A DNA stretch of 51,616 bases from Octopus sinensis (lineage: Eukaryota), in contig NW_021835814.1 in assembly GCF_006345805.1 (NCBI RefSeq), positions 1 through 51,616 on the forward strand, given 5' to 3'. Below the pieces are notes generated by a model, which saw only the letters and a program-made list of their open reading frames with translations, did no database searches and was not told the origin of the DNA. Of this stretch, positions 11,401 to 23,089 are shown one piece after another (the first letter of the stretch is position 1; every line of letters begins with the position of its first letter). The translations under genes were made by a program, and so were the position numbers.

Positions 11401-12664
11401 TTTGTATTTAATGAAATCACTTCTTTAGGAGACTTTAGAATCTGTTGATAACTCATACCAATTAATGATTCCGATATAAATATGATGGTGAACATTAGGG
11501 AATCATTGTTATTTTCAGTTATTCTTTTGGGGATAAAATTAATTGCCAAGTATTTTGTGGTAAACGACAAGACTATATGACAGGGGCAAACGTCGTGAAT
11601 TAATAAAGTCGTCCATCGTTTATTTCAAAAGAGAGTTCACTTTATCCAGGTTGACATTTAACGTGAAGATGGTGAATTGATTTTGACAAAACATAGCATT
11701 TCAGTAAATGTGGTTACATACATAGAAACTTTGCAGCATTTTCAGTGGGTGGAATCATATACAAAGATAATTTATATTAAGTTTTGGCACTGTTATACAC
11801 TAATGTTATAATAAATTAACTAGAAACTTCCAGCCTTCTACTAAACATTGAACTTTGAAATTGAAATTTGGACAGCTGACGTCATTGCTCAGGTATTCTT
11901 ATCAAATAATACAACATATTCTATATAAGAATCTACTATCTCTACCAATTTGCCTGCGGTGGTACTGGCACCCAGCTGTATCATAGAATGGCTTTATAAA
12001 CTTACTTCGGTACTAAGCTTAGTCAAAGACTGGAAAGGTAGCCGGTTCTATGTGTTATTCGAATTAAACAGAAAAGGTGTATAGATTATGAATATTTTTG
12101 TGTCAGGGGATCTGAAGCTTTCGTTGAGAGTTCACATCATCAGCCAATGTTGAACTAAAGACAGTTGCTTTATTGATTGTTCAATGCGTAGCAGTTATTG
12201 ACATTACAGTTATTATGTATATTGATAAATAACTGACAAAGAAATAGAAGGAAATATTTTGAAAAGTGTCAGTGGAAGTTTCTTTTCTGGATGTTCTACT
12301 GGTGGACTAAACATTTGGAGGGACATAGAGCTAAATAGACATAGAGCTAAATAGAAGATAGAATAATATGAAACAAGACAGTCTAGTTTATGAACCTGAG
12401 TGAGGTGTTTAATTAATTAGAATGTACAGAATTAATTGGTAGTCGGTGATACGAATTTGTGAATTTGTGAATGAAATAAATGAATGAATAAACACTCCAG
12501 CGCCATCTAGTGAGGAAAAGGTTACTCAGTAATAAAAATAGGGGTTTGGTTATAATATATTCGACGATCAATCAGAAGAAACCGATACTCTGAGTTTCTC
12601 TAATGCGATCTTAAAAATACCTGTCATATTCCTTAACCCTCCACTCCTTCCATTCGGTAACTAT

Positions 12665-12995
12665 TGTTTCTTCTTCTTCTTCTTATTCTTTCCCTTCTTC
12701 TTCTTCTTCTTCTTCTTCTTCTTCTTTCCCTTCTTCTTCTTCTTCTCTTTCTTCTGCTTCTTCTCTTCCCATCTTCTTTCCCTTCTTCTTTTATTCTTCG
12801 CTTCTTTTCTGCTATCTTCTTCTTTCCATCTCTTTCCTTCTTCTTTCTTTCCGTCGTCTTCTTCCTCTTCTTCTTCGTCTTCTTCTTTTCGTCTTCTTCT
12901 CTTTTCTTCTTTCTTCTCTCTTTTTTCTCTTCGTTCTTCTTCTTCTTCTTCTTCTTCTTCTTCCCCTTCTTCTTTTCCTTCTTCTTCTTCATTTT
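12665..12995. repeat. Imperfect (CTT)n polypyrimidine tract
   Basis: Directly visible. Confidence 0.95.
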
Positions 12996-13914
12996 CTAAG
13001 GAAAGAATGAAAATCTAAAAGAAACGGCACGTAATATTTAGGTTCCAGTCGAAACATACACACATATACACGCGTGCACACACACTCACAAAAACACATA
13101 AGCATATACATGCATATATACACACACACGCACATTCATGCGCACATACATAGATACACAAGAACACACACACGCATATATATATATACATGTACATATA
13201 TACACACGTGCACACACACATATATATGTGAATATATATATGTGTATATATATATATAAATATATGTGTGTGTGTGTGTGTGTGTGAAAATATATACACA
13301 AACAAAAACACGGTCATACACATATATACACACATATATGTGTGCATAAGTAGATATATTTATACCTACCTACTTACCTACCCACATACCTTCCTACCTA
13401 CCTACCTACCTACTTATATAAACACATATATACATACATACTTACATACATACATACTTTAGAACATAGTTTCAACAAGAGGGAATTAGGAAAATAGCTT
13501 TAAACACCGTTTTATTAGTACCTCTCAAATGAAAATGGCTGATATTTCAACTCAGGGGAAATAGAAAATTTACGGCCTTCAGTATCGCGTCATTTTGGAG
13601 TCTCGTATTTTTTGAAAACTTAAGAAGAATAAGTAGATCAATTTAGCATATATAAATATAAAATAAATAGACAAAAATAATGGTAATAATGATCACGAGA
13701 AACCGACCTAAAAGACAGAAAGGTATTCTTGAAATCTAAAAATAGCAGCCAAATATTCGTACAATCAAATCTTATCGTGTTAAACAAGGGAAGGGGACAT
13801 CATGTAATGTAGTCTCAGATGCATTGAGAAAACTAGTTTCCGCTTGAAATAATTTTCACAGAGAGTAAGTTCAATTAATGTAAAATTTTATACCATAACA
13901 TTATTGGTCTCACA

Positions 13915-14260
13915 TTTGTACACAAGTGATTTTGGAGGAGATGGCAACTCAATAACATCGAAACCAGTGTTCAACTGGTACTTAATTTATCGACCTTGAA
14001 AGGATGACAGGCAAAGTCGACCCCGGCGGATTTGAACTCAAAACGTAGAGACGGACGAAATGCCTATTTCTTTACTGCCCACAAGGGGCTAAACACAGAG
14101 GGGACAAACAAGGACAGACAAAGGGATTAAGTTGACTACATAGACCCCAGTGCGTAACTGGTACTTATTTAATCGACTCCGAAAGGATGAAAGGCTAAGT
14201 CGACCTCGATCGAATTTGAACTCAGAACGGCGTGGTAACAATTCTGCCGGCTCGCCGCAT
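13915..14260 (-). mobile_element. Composite of two family-A SINEs (junction 14064/14065)
   Basis: The central domain gaaaggatga.aggc.aagtcgacc occurs twice. The younger tail tatttctttactgcccacaaggggctaaac starts at 14065. Confidence 0.88.
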
Positions 14261-14281
14261 TATAAATATCAGTATTAAAAT

Positions 14282-14700
14282 CCCCGCTGAACTGGCAGAA
14301 TCGTTAGCACGCCGTTCTGATTTCAAATTGCAACGTAGTCGACTTTGCCTTTCATTATTTTGGTGTCGATAAAATGCGTACAAGTTGAGCACTGGGGTCA
14401 ATTTAATAGACTTAACACCGCCCCTAAAATTGCCGGCCTTGTACCAAATTTTGAAATCATTCTCAAAAACTACCCGAAAGCGGCGAGCAGGCAGAATGGT
14501 TAGCGCGCCTCGAAAGGTGCTCACGGCATTTTGTCCGTCTTTATGTTACTGAGTTCAAACTCAGGTCATCTTTGCCTTTCATTCTTTCAATTCAATAGAG
14601 TAAATGCCAGCTTAGCGATGGGGGTCGATGAAATCCACTTAAGCCCTCTACTAGGCTTGCTGGTCTTGTGCCAAAATTTGAAGCCAATATTAAAAACTGA
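14282..14700 (+). mobile_element. Two decayed family-A SINEs in plus orientation (~14282-14465 and ~14480-14700)
   Basis: ctggcagaatcgttagcacgcc..gtcgactttgcctttcat and ggcgagcaggcagaatggttagc..gagttcaaac..tttgcctttcatt..ggggtcgatg. Confidence 0.8.
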
Positions 14701-14842
14701 CGTTAAAAACAATGATACGAAAAAGAATTAGAACATTGTAACACCAATATCGGCAACAAGAATCTTTCTACCTTCTATCTTCTTCTAGCTTCCGCCATGG
14801 CATTTCGGCGATGCTGAGGTAAGGACATGAACCATTTAGTGG

Positions 14843-15060
14843 ACATACATACATACATACATACATACATACATACATACATACATACGTACATACATAC
14901 ATACATACATACATACATACATACATACATACATACATACATACATACATGCATACATTCATACATACATACATACATACATACATACATACATACATAC
15001 ATACATACATACATACATACATGCATACATACATACATACTTACATACATACATACACAC
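14843..15060. repeat. (ACAT)n microsatellite
   Basis: Directly visible. Confidence 0.95.
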
Positions 15061-15069
15061 ACGTATATA

Positions 15070-15242
15070 TATCTGTCTTTCCCTTCTCTGGATCTTTCCT
15101 TCTCCTATGTTTCCGACGAAGAGCTTCGCTCGAAACGTTAAACCCCTCCTTCTTCTCCTCTCTCCTGAGCGTCCATAATACTATATTTGTTCAACGTCCT
15201 CGCGTTGTTGTGTTTTTTTGTGCTTTCATGTTTGGATTAACT
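15070..15242 (+). mobile_element. Penelope-like terminal repeat containing a minimal hammerhead-like motif
   Basis: Near-identical in reverse to 44775-44975 and related to 23090-23380 and 48030-48220. Contains gttt-CCGACGA-a-gagc-ttc-gctc-GAAA-cg-tt-aaac. The Penelope assignment rests on the known association of PLE termini with minimal hammerheads. Confidence 0.65.
15109..15143 (+). ncRNA. Putative minimal type-I hammerhead ribozyme, non-canonical core
   Basis: Stem I GTTT/AAAC, core CCGACGA, stem II GAGC/GCTC, GAAA, palindromic ACGT stem III, GUU cleavage triplet. Activity is untested. Confidence 0.55.
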
Positions 15243-15260
15243 ATATATATATATATATAT

Positions 15261-15317
<57 letters not shown>

Positions 15318-15361
15318 TATATATATATATGTATCATATGTATGATATGTGTGTGTGGGGT

Positions 15362-15450
15362 GGTGGTGTAGCTTGCTTAGCAACCACATGGTTCCGGTTC
15401 AGTCCTACTGCATCGCACCTTGGGCAAGTGTCTTCTACTATAGCCTCGGT
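15362..15450 (+). mobile_element. CORE-like SINE 5' half
   Basis: caaccacatggttccggttcagtcctactgcatcgcaccttgggcaagtgtcttctactatagcctcgg. Confidence 0.8.
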
Positions 15451-16385
15451 GTATATGTTTGTGTGTTCCTGTGTTCGAACGTGCGTACGTATGTATATTA
15501 TATATATATATATATATTCATTATATATAATATATATATATATTATATATATATATTCATTATATTATATATATATATATATTATATATATATAATGTAT
15601 GTGTGTGTATGTATGTGTGTATGTATGTATGCATGTATGTATGTATGTGTGTGTTTGTGTGTATGTGTGTTTGTGTGTGAGTGAGTGTATGTATGTACAT
15701 CATTCTACAGTTTTCGCTTGTGAAATTCCACAAACATTGGCACAGCTCGGAGGCCCGAAGGATATTACAAACCGAGCAGATCTCCGAAAACGTAGATTAC
15801 ATTACTATATTTCCTGTCGGTATGCGTTACTAAATTATTCCTTTCAGTAATGTGTCTATACACGGTTATATATCCAGATATGAATTTCATATAACCTTCA
15901 TAAAATGCATCATAAAAACCTAACATTTGCGTGATTTATTCAATTTTAGCGAAATTCATTTCATGTTACTTCAACTCTTTCAACATACAAACAATTGCAT
16001 ATGACCCGAGTTATGTCCATATTAATAACGTTGTAGGTTTCAAGCACGTACAACAGAAGCCGAACACGAGATCAGAACTGTGTAACGCAGACATCATATT
16101 ATTTATTAAATAAATTAAATGAGAGTGATTTGCCGATGGTACATGTGCGTAATATTTGTATACACGCGTATGAAATCCCATGTTGCAAACAAACCGATGT
16201 GTGTACATACAATCCAATGTTTCACACACACACACATGCACATACACACGCAGAGACACACACACACACGCACACACACACACACACACATATATATGTA
16301 TTACTGTGTATTATATATATATTAATAGAAATATATATATATAAATATAATATTATATACCTATAACTATATAATTATATATATA

Positions 16386-16439
<54 letters not shown>

Positions 16440-16689
16440 AGAAAAAAGCAACACGAATGGATTAGTTGTTCAGTACAATTGTTTCATACGAAGAACAGAT
16501 TTATTTAAAGCTGCAAATATTGCAGCAAATACAAGTGACCCGTATTCATCAGCCAAAACACATATGACTTTTCCAAACATCCTAGGGAGTGAGGCTACAC
16601 TCATGAAGTATCGAAGAGAGTTCTATGAAAAGCAAAGTTAGATTGTAAGCAGACTGAAAATGTTTTCTAATGATGCATAGTTTTATAGA

Positions 16690-17574
16690 AGCTGATGAGG
16701 TACCCAAAGTAGTAGCCGGAAACCTTCTCTGTGGGACAAGCTCATTGTAGTTCTAGCACCCCAACTAGAAGCCACTTGAGGCGAGCCTCAGGCATCAGCA
16801 TGCCTGCCGGCGTTGTCGAATGTATTCCTACGGCCACGTTGTGCCTCTTTACCTTGCTACTCTTCACATCTGTTCGTCAATTTTTGCGATGGTTGAAAGG
16901 ATGGCTCAGTGTGCTTCCGTGACATTCTGTTTTCTGCTGAGGAAAACGGAGGTCGAAAGTGTTGTCATGATTCTAACAGCATAACAGAACGTTGCTTTGA
17001 GCAAAACACAAGTTTGCCAGTGGTTTTCACACCTTAGGAACGGTCATTTGTCGCTTGAAGGCTAACCTCGTTCAGGGCGTCCGTCGACTTCCTGTACGAA
17101 TGAAAACATGAAAATTCCTCAACCGATCTTGGAGGACCGACCCCAAACAACTGAAGAAATAGTTGATATGACTGGTGTGTCGTGGACTTCTTTCGGTGGA
17201 TTTCGAGTGAGGAATTGCGAATGAAACGAGTTGCAGCAAAATGTATGCCTCACCTGCTCACGGAAGATGAGAAACAGTCGCGACTGAATGCGTGTTGTGA
17301 AAAGAAAGAGCATCTGGAAGTTGATCCGGACGTTTCTCTCGAGGGTCATCATTGGTGACAAAAGCTGGCGCTACAGAATTTACAGATGCGGTAGAAGTGA
17401 AGGCGGAAGCGTTTACAAGAGTTCCAGCACTGCTTCGAAAAGTGGAAATCGTGCCTAGACCGATGTAATGCTTCCAATGGAGAATACTTTGAAGGCGATA
17501 AAAGTGTAATCATGTAAAACTAAGTCAATAAAATAACATTGCAAAATTCCCGTTTCTTTTTAGGTACTCCCTCG
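16690..17574 (+). mobile_element. Internally deleted mariner-type transposon
   Basis: Frameshifted transposase: TQVCQWF..PRSGRPSTS, EELRMKRVAAKCMPHLLTEDEKQSR, IIGDKSW, then a jump to FQHCFEKWKSCLDRCNASNGEYFEGD. The right end ...ggtactccctcg is followed by TA. The left TIR is only weakly recognisable near 16695. Confidence 0.85.
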
Positions 17575-17646
17575 TATATATATATATGTACGTATGTATG
17601 TATGTATGTATGTATATATATATATGTATGTATATATTTATAAATG

Positions 17647-17679
<33 letters not shown>

Positions 17680-17768
17680 GTATATATTTATAAATGTATG
17701 TATATATGTATATATGTACGTCGTGTGTCTTTCAGTTCCTGTCTACTTATACACGCATACACACACAC

Positions 17769-17799
<31 letters not shown>

Positions 17800-18481
17800 T
17801 ATTAGCATATATCTGTAAGAGTATATGTTTTTGTGTCTATGCTTGTCTTCAACCAGCGCTTGGCAGTGTTGGTCAGTTTACGACCCATTAAGGGAGCGAT
17901 TGGACCAAGATGACAAGAAAACGAAGGTAACAAACTAATTCTGTAGAAGATTCATTCAACCAAGAAATTCTTCAACATGCTGCTCCAGAAAAGGTCGTAG
18001 TCTAATGAAAGAGCAGTAGATGTATACAAAGATTATATAATATACTATATATAGATGTATATTTATATACAAAGCACAGATTTTTGTCAGTGAACAGGTC
18101 GCGGTCTTATAGCGACGAAAATATTTTGACAAATTAAACTTGAATGTTGAAGTGAATAAAACGGTTTTTGTGTGTTTCTTAAATGGCTTACAAACACCTT
18201 CCACGCTGCAATTGTTTTTGTTTCAGCACACGATCTCAGATCAAATCACTTGCTATGCGAGTACATCTCTGTAACATATATATATATATATATTATATTT
18301 TGTGAAATTTGATTTAGTATTTCTATTTTGAATTTCTCCCTGTAAGTTTGGAATAATATTCCCTCATATTATTATTATTATTATATATTATTTATTATAT
18401 TATTATTATTATATTATTATTAGTATTATTATTATCATTATTATATATATATATATATTATATATATATATATATATATAT

Positions 18482-18730
18482 GTTTCTTTACTACCCACAC
18501 AAAGGCTAAATATGTAGGCGACAACAAAGACAGACAAACGAATTAAGTCGATTACATCGACCCCGGTGCGTAACTAGTACTTAATTTATCGACCCCGAAA
18601 GGATGAAAGGCAAAGTCGACCTCTGCGGAATTTGAACTCAGAACGTAACCGCAGACTAAGAATTTCGCTAAGAATTTCGTACCGCTAAGAATTTCTCCCG
18701 GCGTGCTAACGGTTCTGCCAGCTCGCCGCC
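18482..18730 (-). mobile_element. Full-length family-A SINE
   Basis: Matches 5493-5723. Carries a small internal tandem expansion of ctaagaatttc. Confidence 0.92.
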
Positions 18731-18828
18731 TTTATATATATATATATAAGTGTGTTTGTGTGTGTGTGTGTGCGTGCGTGTGTGTGGATGTGTCTAAATA
18801 TATACTTACAGATTTACACACACACGAA

Positions 18829-18859
<31 letters not shown>

Positions 18860-19261
18860 TACATATATTTTACAAATAGGATTTTGTTTTCCAGCAGATT
18901 CATTTAGCGTGTTACTGATCTCATTCACTCAACAGCGGCCATGCTGGGACACCGCCTCAGGGACAAATGTCTGTCATATTAAAATTCTGCATATTTCTGT
19001 CTGATGCTTCTTCAATGGAAACCAATTTATCGAATGGTGAGGTTGGCTTTTGGCTTTGAGGGATGAAACGATACCTATAGACTGAAGAGTATAGCAGAAA
19101 CAAACACACACGGAAACACACACCTGCTGGACGCACACAAACAGGTACACATAGGAAAACACGCATATATATACACACGCAAAGATATAGAAACACGTAT
19201 CTAATGACACAAACGTAAATATAATCATATACAATGATGGATATGTAGAATATTGCATATC

Positions 19262-19445
19262 TTGGCTGTGATACGTGGTTTTTAGGCGTTGCTCTGTGGT
19301 AAGAAGCTCGGTTCCCAACCACATGTTGTCAGTTTCAGTCCCACTGCGTGGCACATTGGACGAGTATCTTTTGTTCGAGTTTCGGGCCGACAAATCTCTT
19401 GTAAATAGATTTGGCAGACGAAAACAGGAAGAGGCTCTACGAATG
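19262..19445 (+). mobile_element. CORE-like tRNA SINE
   Basis: ctgtggtaagaagctcggttcccaaccacatgttgtcagtttcagtcccactgcgtggcacattgg...tagatttggcagacg. Confidence 0.8.
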
Positions 19446-19453
19446 TATTTGTG

Positions 19454-19502
<49 letters not shown>

Positions 19503-19647
19503 ACACACATACATATACACACACACATACACACGAATATATATGTGTGTGAGTGTGTGTGTGTGGAGGGGACAGACACAAGAATACGCACGCGCACAAA
19601 TACACACACCGTAACAAGTTTTATACAATGTTTAGCGCTTCTACTCC

Positions 19648-19688
<41 letters not shown>

Positions 19689-19731
19689 GCATAATACCTA
19701 CATATACATTATATATATGTATATATATATG

Positions 19732-19781
<50 letters not shown>

Positions 19782-20099
19782 GTGTGTGTGTGTATCTATC
19801 TATCTATATATCTATATATATATTATGTATATATATATATAATATATATATATATTATATATATATATATATACGTATATATATATATCTTTCTATATAT
19901 ATGTGTATATATATAGTGATTATTGGTATTACTACCTCTATATCAGCTAGGATTTAATTTATCTTATTGGCTCTCTTGACGCTGCGGGCTTTTGCCAAGG
20001 TTGATAGATTCGGTGCTAAATTCAAATTCCTTTTAGCATTGCTATCTGTTTTCTATACTGACGATATCTGCTTCTGACCTATTACATTTATCTACACAT

Positions 20100-20184
20100 A
20101 CATACATACATACATACATACATACATACATACATACATTCATACATACATACATACATACATACATACATACATACATACATA
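20100..20184. repeat. (ACAT)n microsatellite
   Basis: Directly visible. Confidence 0.95.
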
Positions 20185-20442
20185 AAAGAGGATATCTATG
20201 GACAACTGCTTCGAAACCTCCAGCTTCTATATCCAGACTATGAATTTATATTCATACCAATAATAATTGAAGAAGTAGGTTTTGTTTGTAAATGCTTAAA
20301 TGAGAATCTGGATTAACTGGGATTTTGAGAAACAGTAATAGATCGGCTGATTCGTACATTACGAGTGCAGTCTGTGAGTGGAACAGTAAAAATATGCAAG
20401 ACTTTTGTCAAGTTCCAAATGTGAATTTGTCTGTATTAACTA

Positions 20443-21341
20443 TTGGGTTGACAACTAAGTTTTAGAATTTGTTGCGTTTTTATATTTTAGAATCTATTCT
20501 TATTTTGAGAATTCTATTTTTGAATAATTTTGGAATCTATTTTGTATTTTTTCTAGTTAATTTTAGTATTTTTGTTTATCTTCTGATCATTAAAATGGAA
20601 AGTCAAGACCAGTAAAATGACCATTTTTGACACCTCCTTCTTTTTGCTTTTAATCAAGGTTCTAATGTCGCAAAAGCTTCTCGCGACATTTGTGCAGTGT
20701 ATAGACAAGGTGCCATAGCTGAAAGGACCGCTCGTGATTGGTATGAAAAGTGCAAAAATGGAACTTTTGACCTCAATGACGCAACTCGTTCTGGCCGTCC
20801 AGTTCAGTTCGATAAAGAGCGATTAAACCAACTTTTGCACGAAACTTCTAATCAAACAAGGGAACTGGCAGAGAAAATGGAATGCTCCCACACTGCTTTA
20901 GAGAAGCATCTTCACTCAATGGGAAAGGTTCAGAAGAATAGAGCATGGGTTCCGCATACTTTAAGAGACAACAACAAAAATCAACGAGCCGCAATATCTA
21001 CTGGTTTGCTTGTTCGTCACCGCTCAACATATGGACAGAAGCAACGATTTCTTTACCGAATCGTTACTGGCGACGAAAAATGGTGTATGTACATCAATAT
21101 GAAGCAGCGTAAGGAATGGCTTAGCCCCGATATACAAGCGACACCACGCTTGCAGCACGATCTTCATCCGCGCAAAATGATGTTGTATATATGGTGGGAC
21201 TGAGAAGGGATTATCCATTACGAATTGTTTGAACAGAACCAAACAGTCAACACGGAACTCTATGTTCAACGGATGGAACGTCTTAAACCTTTTAAAATAT
21301 TTATATTTAAAAACACAACGGGATGTTAGTTGCCAACCCAA
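20443..21341 (+). mobile_element. Mariner transposon with both TIRs and TA TSD, transposase 3'-deleted
   Basis: Left end TA-ttgggttgacaactaa (20441 onward) and right end ttagttgccaacccaa-TA (ending 21343). ORF 20697-21203 has RSGRP, WVPHTL, RIVTGDEKW and HPRKMMLYIWWD, followed by EGIIHYEL..TVNTELY. The second and third catalytic D are absent. Confidence 0.93.
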
Positions 21342-21698
21342 TACATCCCAAAGTTGGAGCTGTGTATCTTTAAAACTAGTTCCCTCCTCAGTGGAAGATT
21401 TATAATAATTAAAAGAATTGAAGAGACACACATGCATACTGACAGACAGGCAGAGAGACAGAGAGACGTACATATATATATATGCCGTTTAGCTATTTCT
21501 ATATAAATATGAGAAAATTTGTATAAATTTACGTCAACTAAATTCCACTTAGAATTTACCCAAACCTTAGAGTGCATGGTACTTCTACATGCATTCTGAA
21601 TGGGCTGTAAATGTCAACAGCATTTGGAAGTAGCGTTCTTCAATATTCGTTTACTCCTTCACGAAGTAAATTCTTTCACAAGTTTCTACGATAAATAG

Positions 21699-21743
21699 GA
21701 TGCATTGCAGAGGCGATAAAATATTTCGAAAAACCAATTAATG
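21699..21743 (+). other. Candidate 45-nt phase-1/phase-1 exon (G)CIAEAIKYFEKPIN(G)
   Basis: AG acceptor at 21697-98, G|GTAAGT donor at 21744, open frame, non-repetitive context. No partner exon identified. Confidence 0.25.
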
Positions 21744-22279
21744 GTAAGTGTCTTGATTACGTAATTACTTAATTAGCTTAATCTCTGTGCTATTAGGAAA
21801 TTAAATCGCATCGAGTAGAAGACCGATATATAATTGTCTAAATTCAAGTCCTTGCCAGCGAACGAGTTTTCTCAGTCATCGCCACATTGAAAGAATACAA
21901 TAGTTTCGAATGACATTTGGATATCAAGAAATGTGCAAGAGACAAACAGTAAAGAAGAGATATTATTTGAAAGAACACACACATCTGTGAATGCATCAAA
22001 ATCCAGCAATCGTTGTGGACAAGGAAATACTATTATCACTTGTCATTTTAAATTCCATCGCAAATGAAAAGACCAAAATAATGTCGACATACTAACTAAC
22101 TTGCTTAAAGAATCATTTTTGAGGAAGGGAATTCCTTATATAGAATGGACGAGAACAGAATATTCTAACATCAATGGATGCCTCCCAAGCAAATGACAAT
22201 CATAGCGCACAGACTAAAATCTCGTTTGAAATTTATTTACCTGATTTAAATTAAAATATATGCTTTTGTACTCTAGACT

Positions 22280-22460
22280 CAAGGCCCGAAATTTCTGGGG
22301 AGGGGTCCGTCGATTACACAACTGGTACTTAATTTATCGACCACGAAAGGATGACAGGCAAAGTCAACTTGGGCGGAATTTGAGCTCATAACGTAAAGAC
22401 AGACGCAATATCAATTTCTTTACTGCCCACAGGGGGCCAAACACAGACATGGACAAAGCA
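22280..22460 (-). mobile_element. Family-A SINE joined to a younger-type tail fragment at ~22411
   Basis: actggtacttaatttatcgaccacgaaaggatgacaggcaaagtc..gacgcaata is followed by tttctttactgcccacagggggccaaacacaga. Confidence 0.8.
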
Positions 22461-22589
22461 CCTGATTGGGATCAGCAATACGTTATGATTTTACATAAAA
22501 TATGAATATAAAAATTATATAAAATATTTTAAAATATCGAATGAAATTAAGAATACAGAGACAACACAAATGTAGCGATCATCAGGCCA

Positions 22590-22915
22590 CGCTCCGACCC
22601 CACAAGCCCCGATCTATCGCTTGTACCCCTAGTACTTATTCTATTGATCACTTTGGTCGAACCGCAGAGTTACAGGGACATAAACACACCAGCATCGGTT
22701 GTCAAACGAAGTTGAGGGGACAAGCACATGCACAGACACAGAAACACACACATATATATACGACGGGGTTCTTTCAGTTTCCGTCTACACACAAGGCTTT
22801 GGTCGGCTCGAGTCTAGAATAGAAAAGTCTTGTCAAATGTGACACTCAGTGGGATTAAACCCGGAACCATGTGGTTGGTAAAGCAGCTAGTTACCACATA
22901 ACCACTCCTGCGCCT
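22590..22915 (-). mobile_element. CORE-like SINE with family-C tail
   Basis: tagtacttattctattgatc..ccg..ttctttcagtttccgtctac..caaggctttggtcggc..ccggaaccatgtggttgg..taccaca. Confidence 0.8.
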
Positions 22916-23089
22916 AAATGCAATTCTCGGTTTTCCGTCACTGTGATATGACTCCAAGTACGATGTAGAAATACGGTTACGAAAAAAACGATATTCCATG
23001 GAGGGATGTGTGCATTATGAAGAAAGGATCCGTCAAAACCCGATACAGAATAGTCACATTGACGTATATAATTAATTAATTAATTAATT

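Noticed and set aside
12633-12999. Poly-K/E/R and poly-L/F ORFs (also 26755-27285, 32961-33368, 36407-36611)
   Set aside because: They come from (CTT)n, (AAT)n and (GA)n tracts, with no coding evidence.
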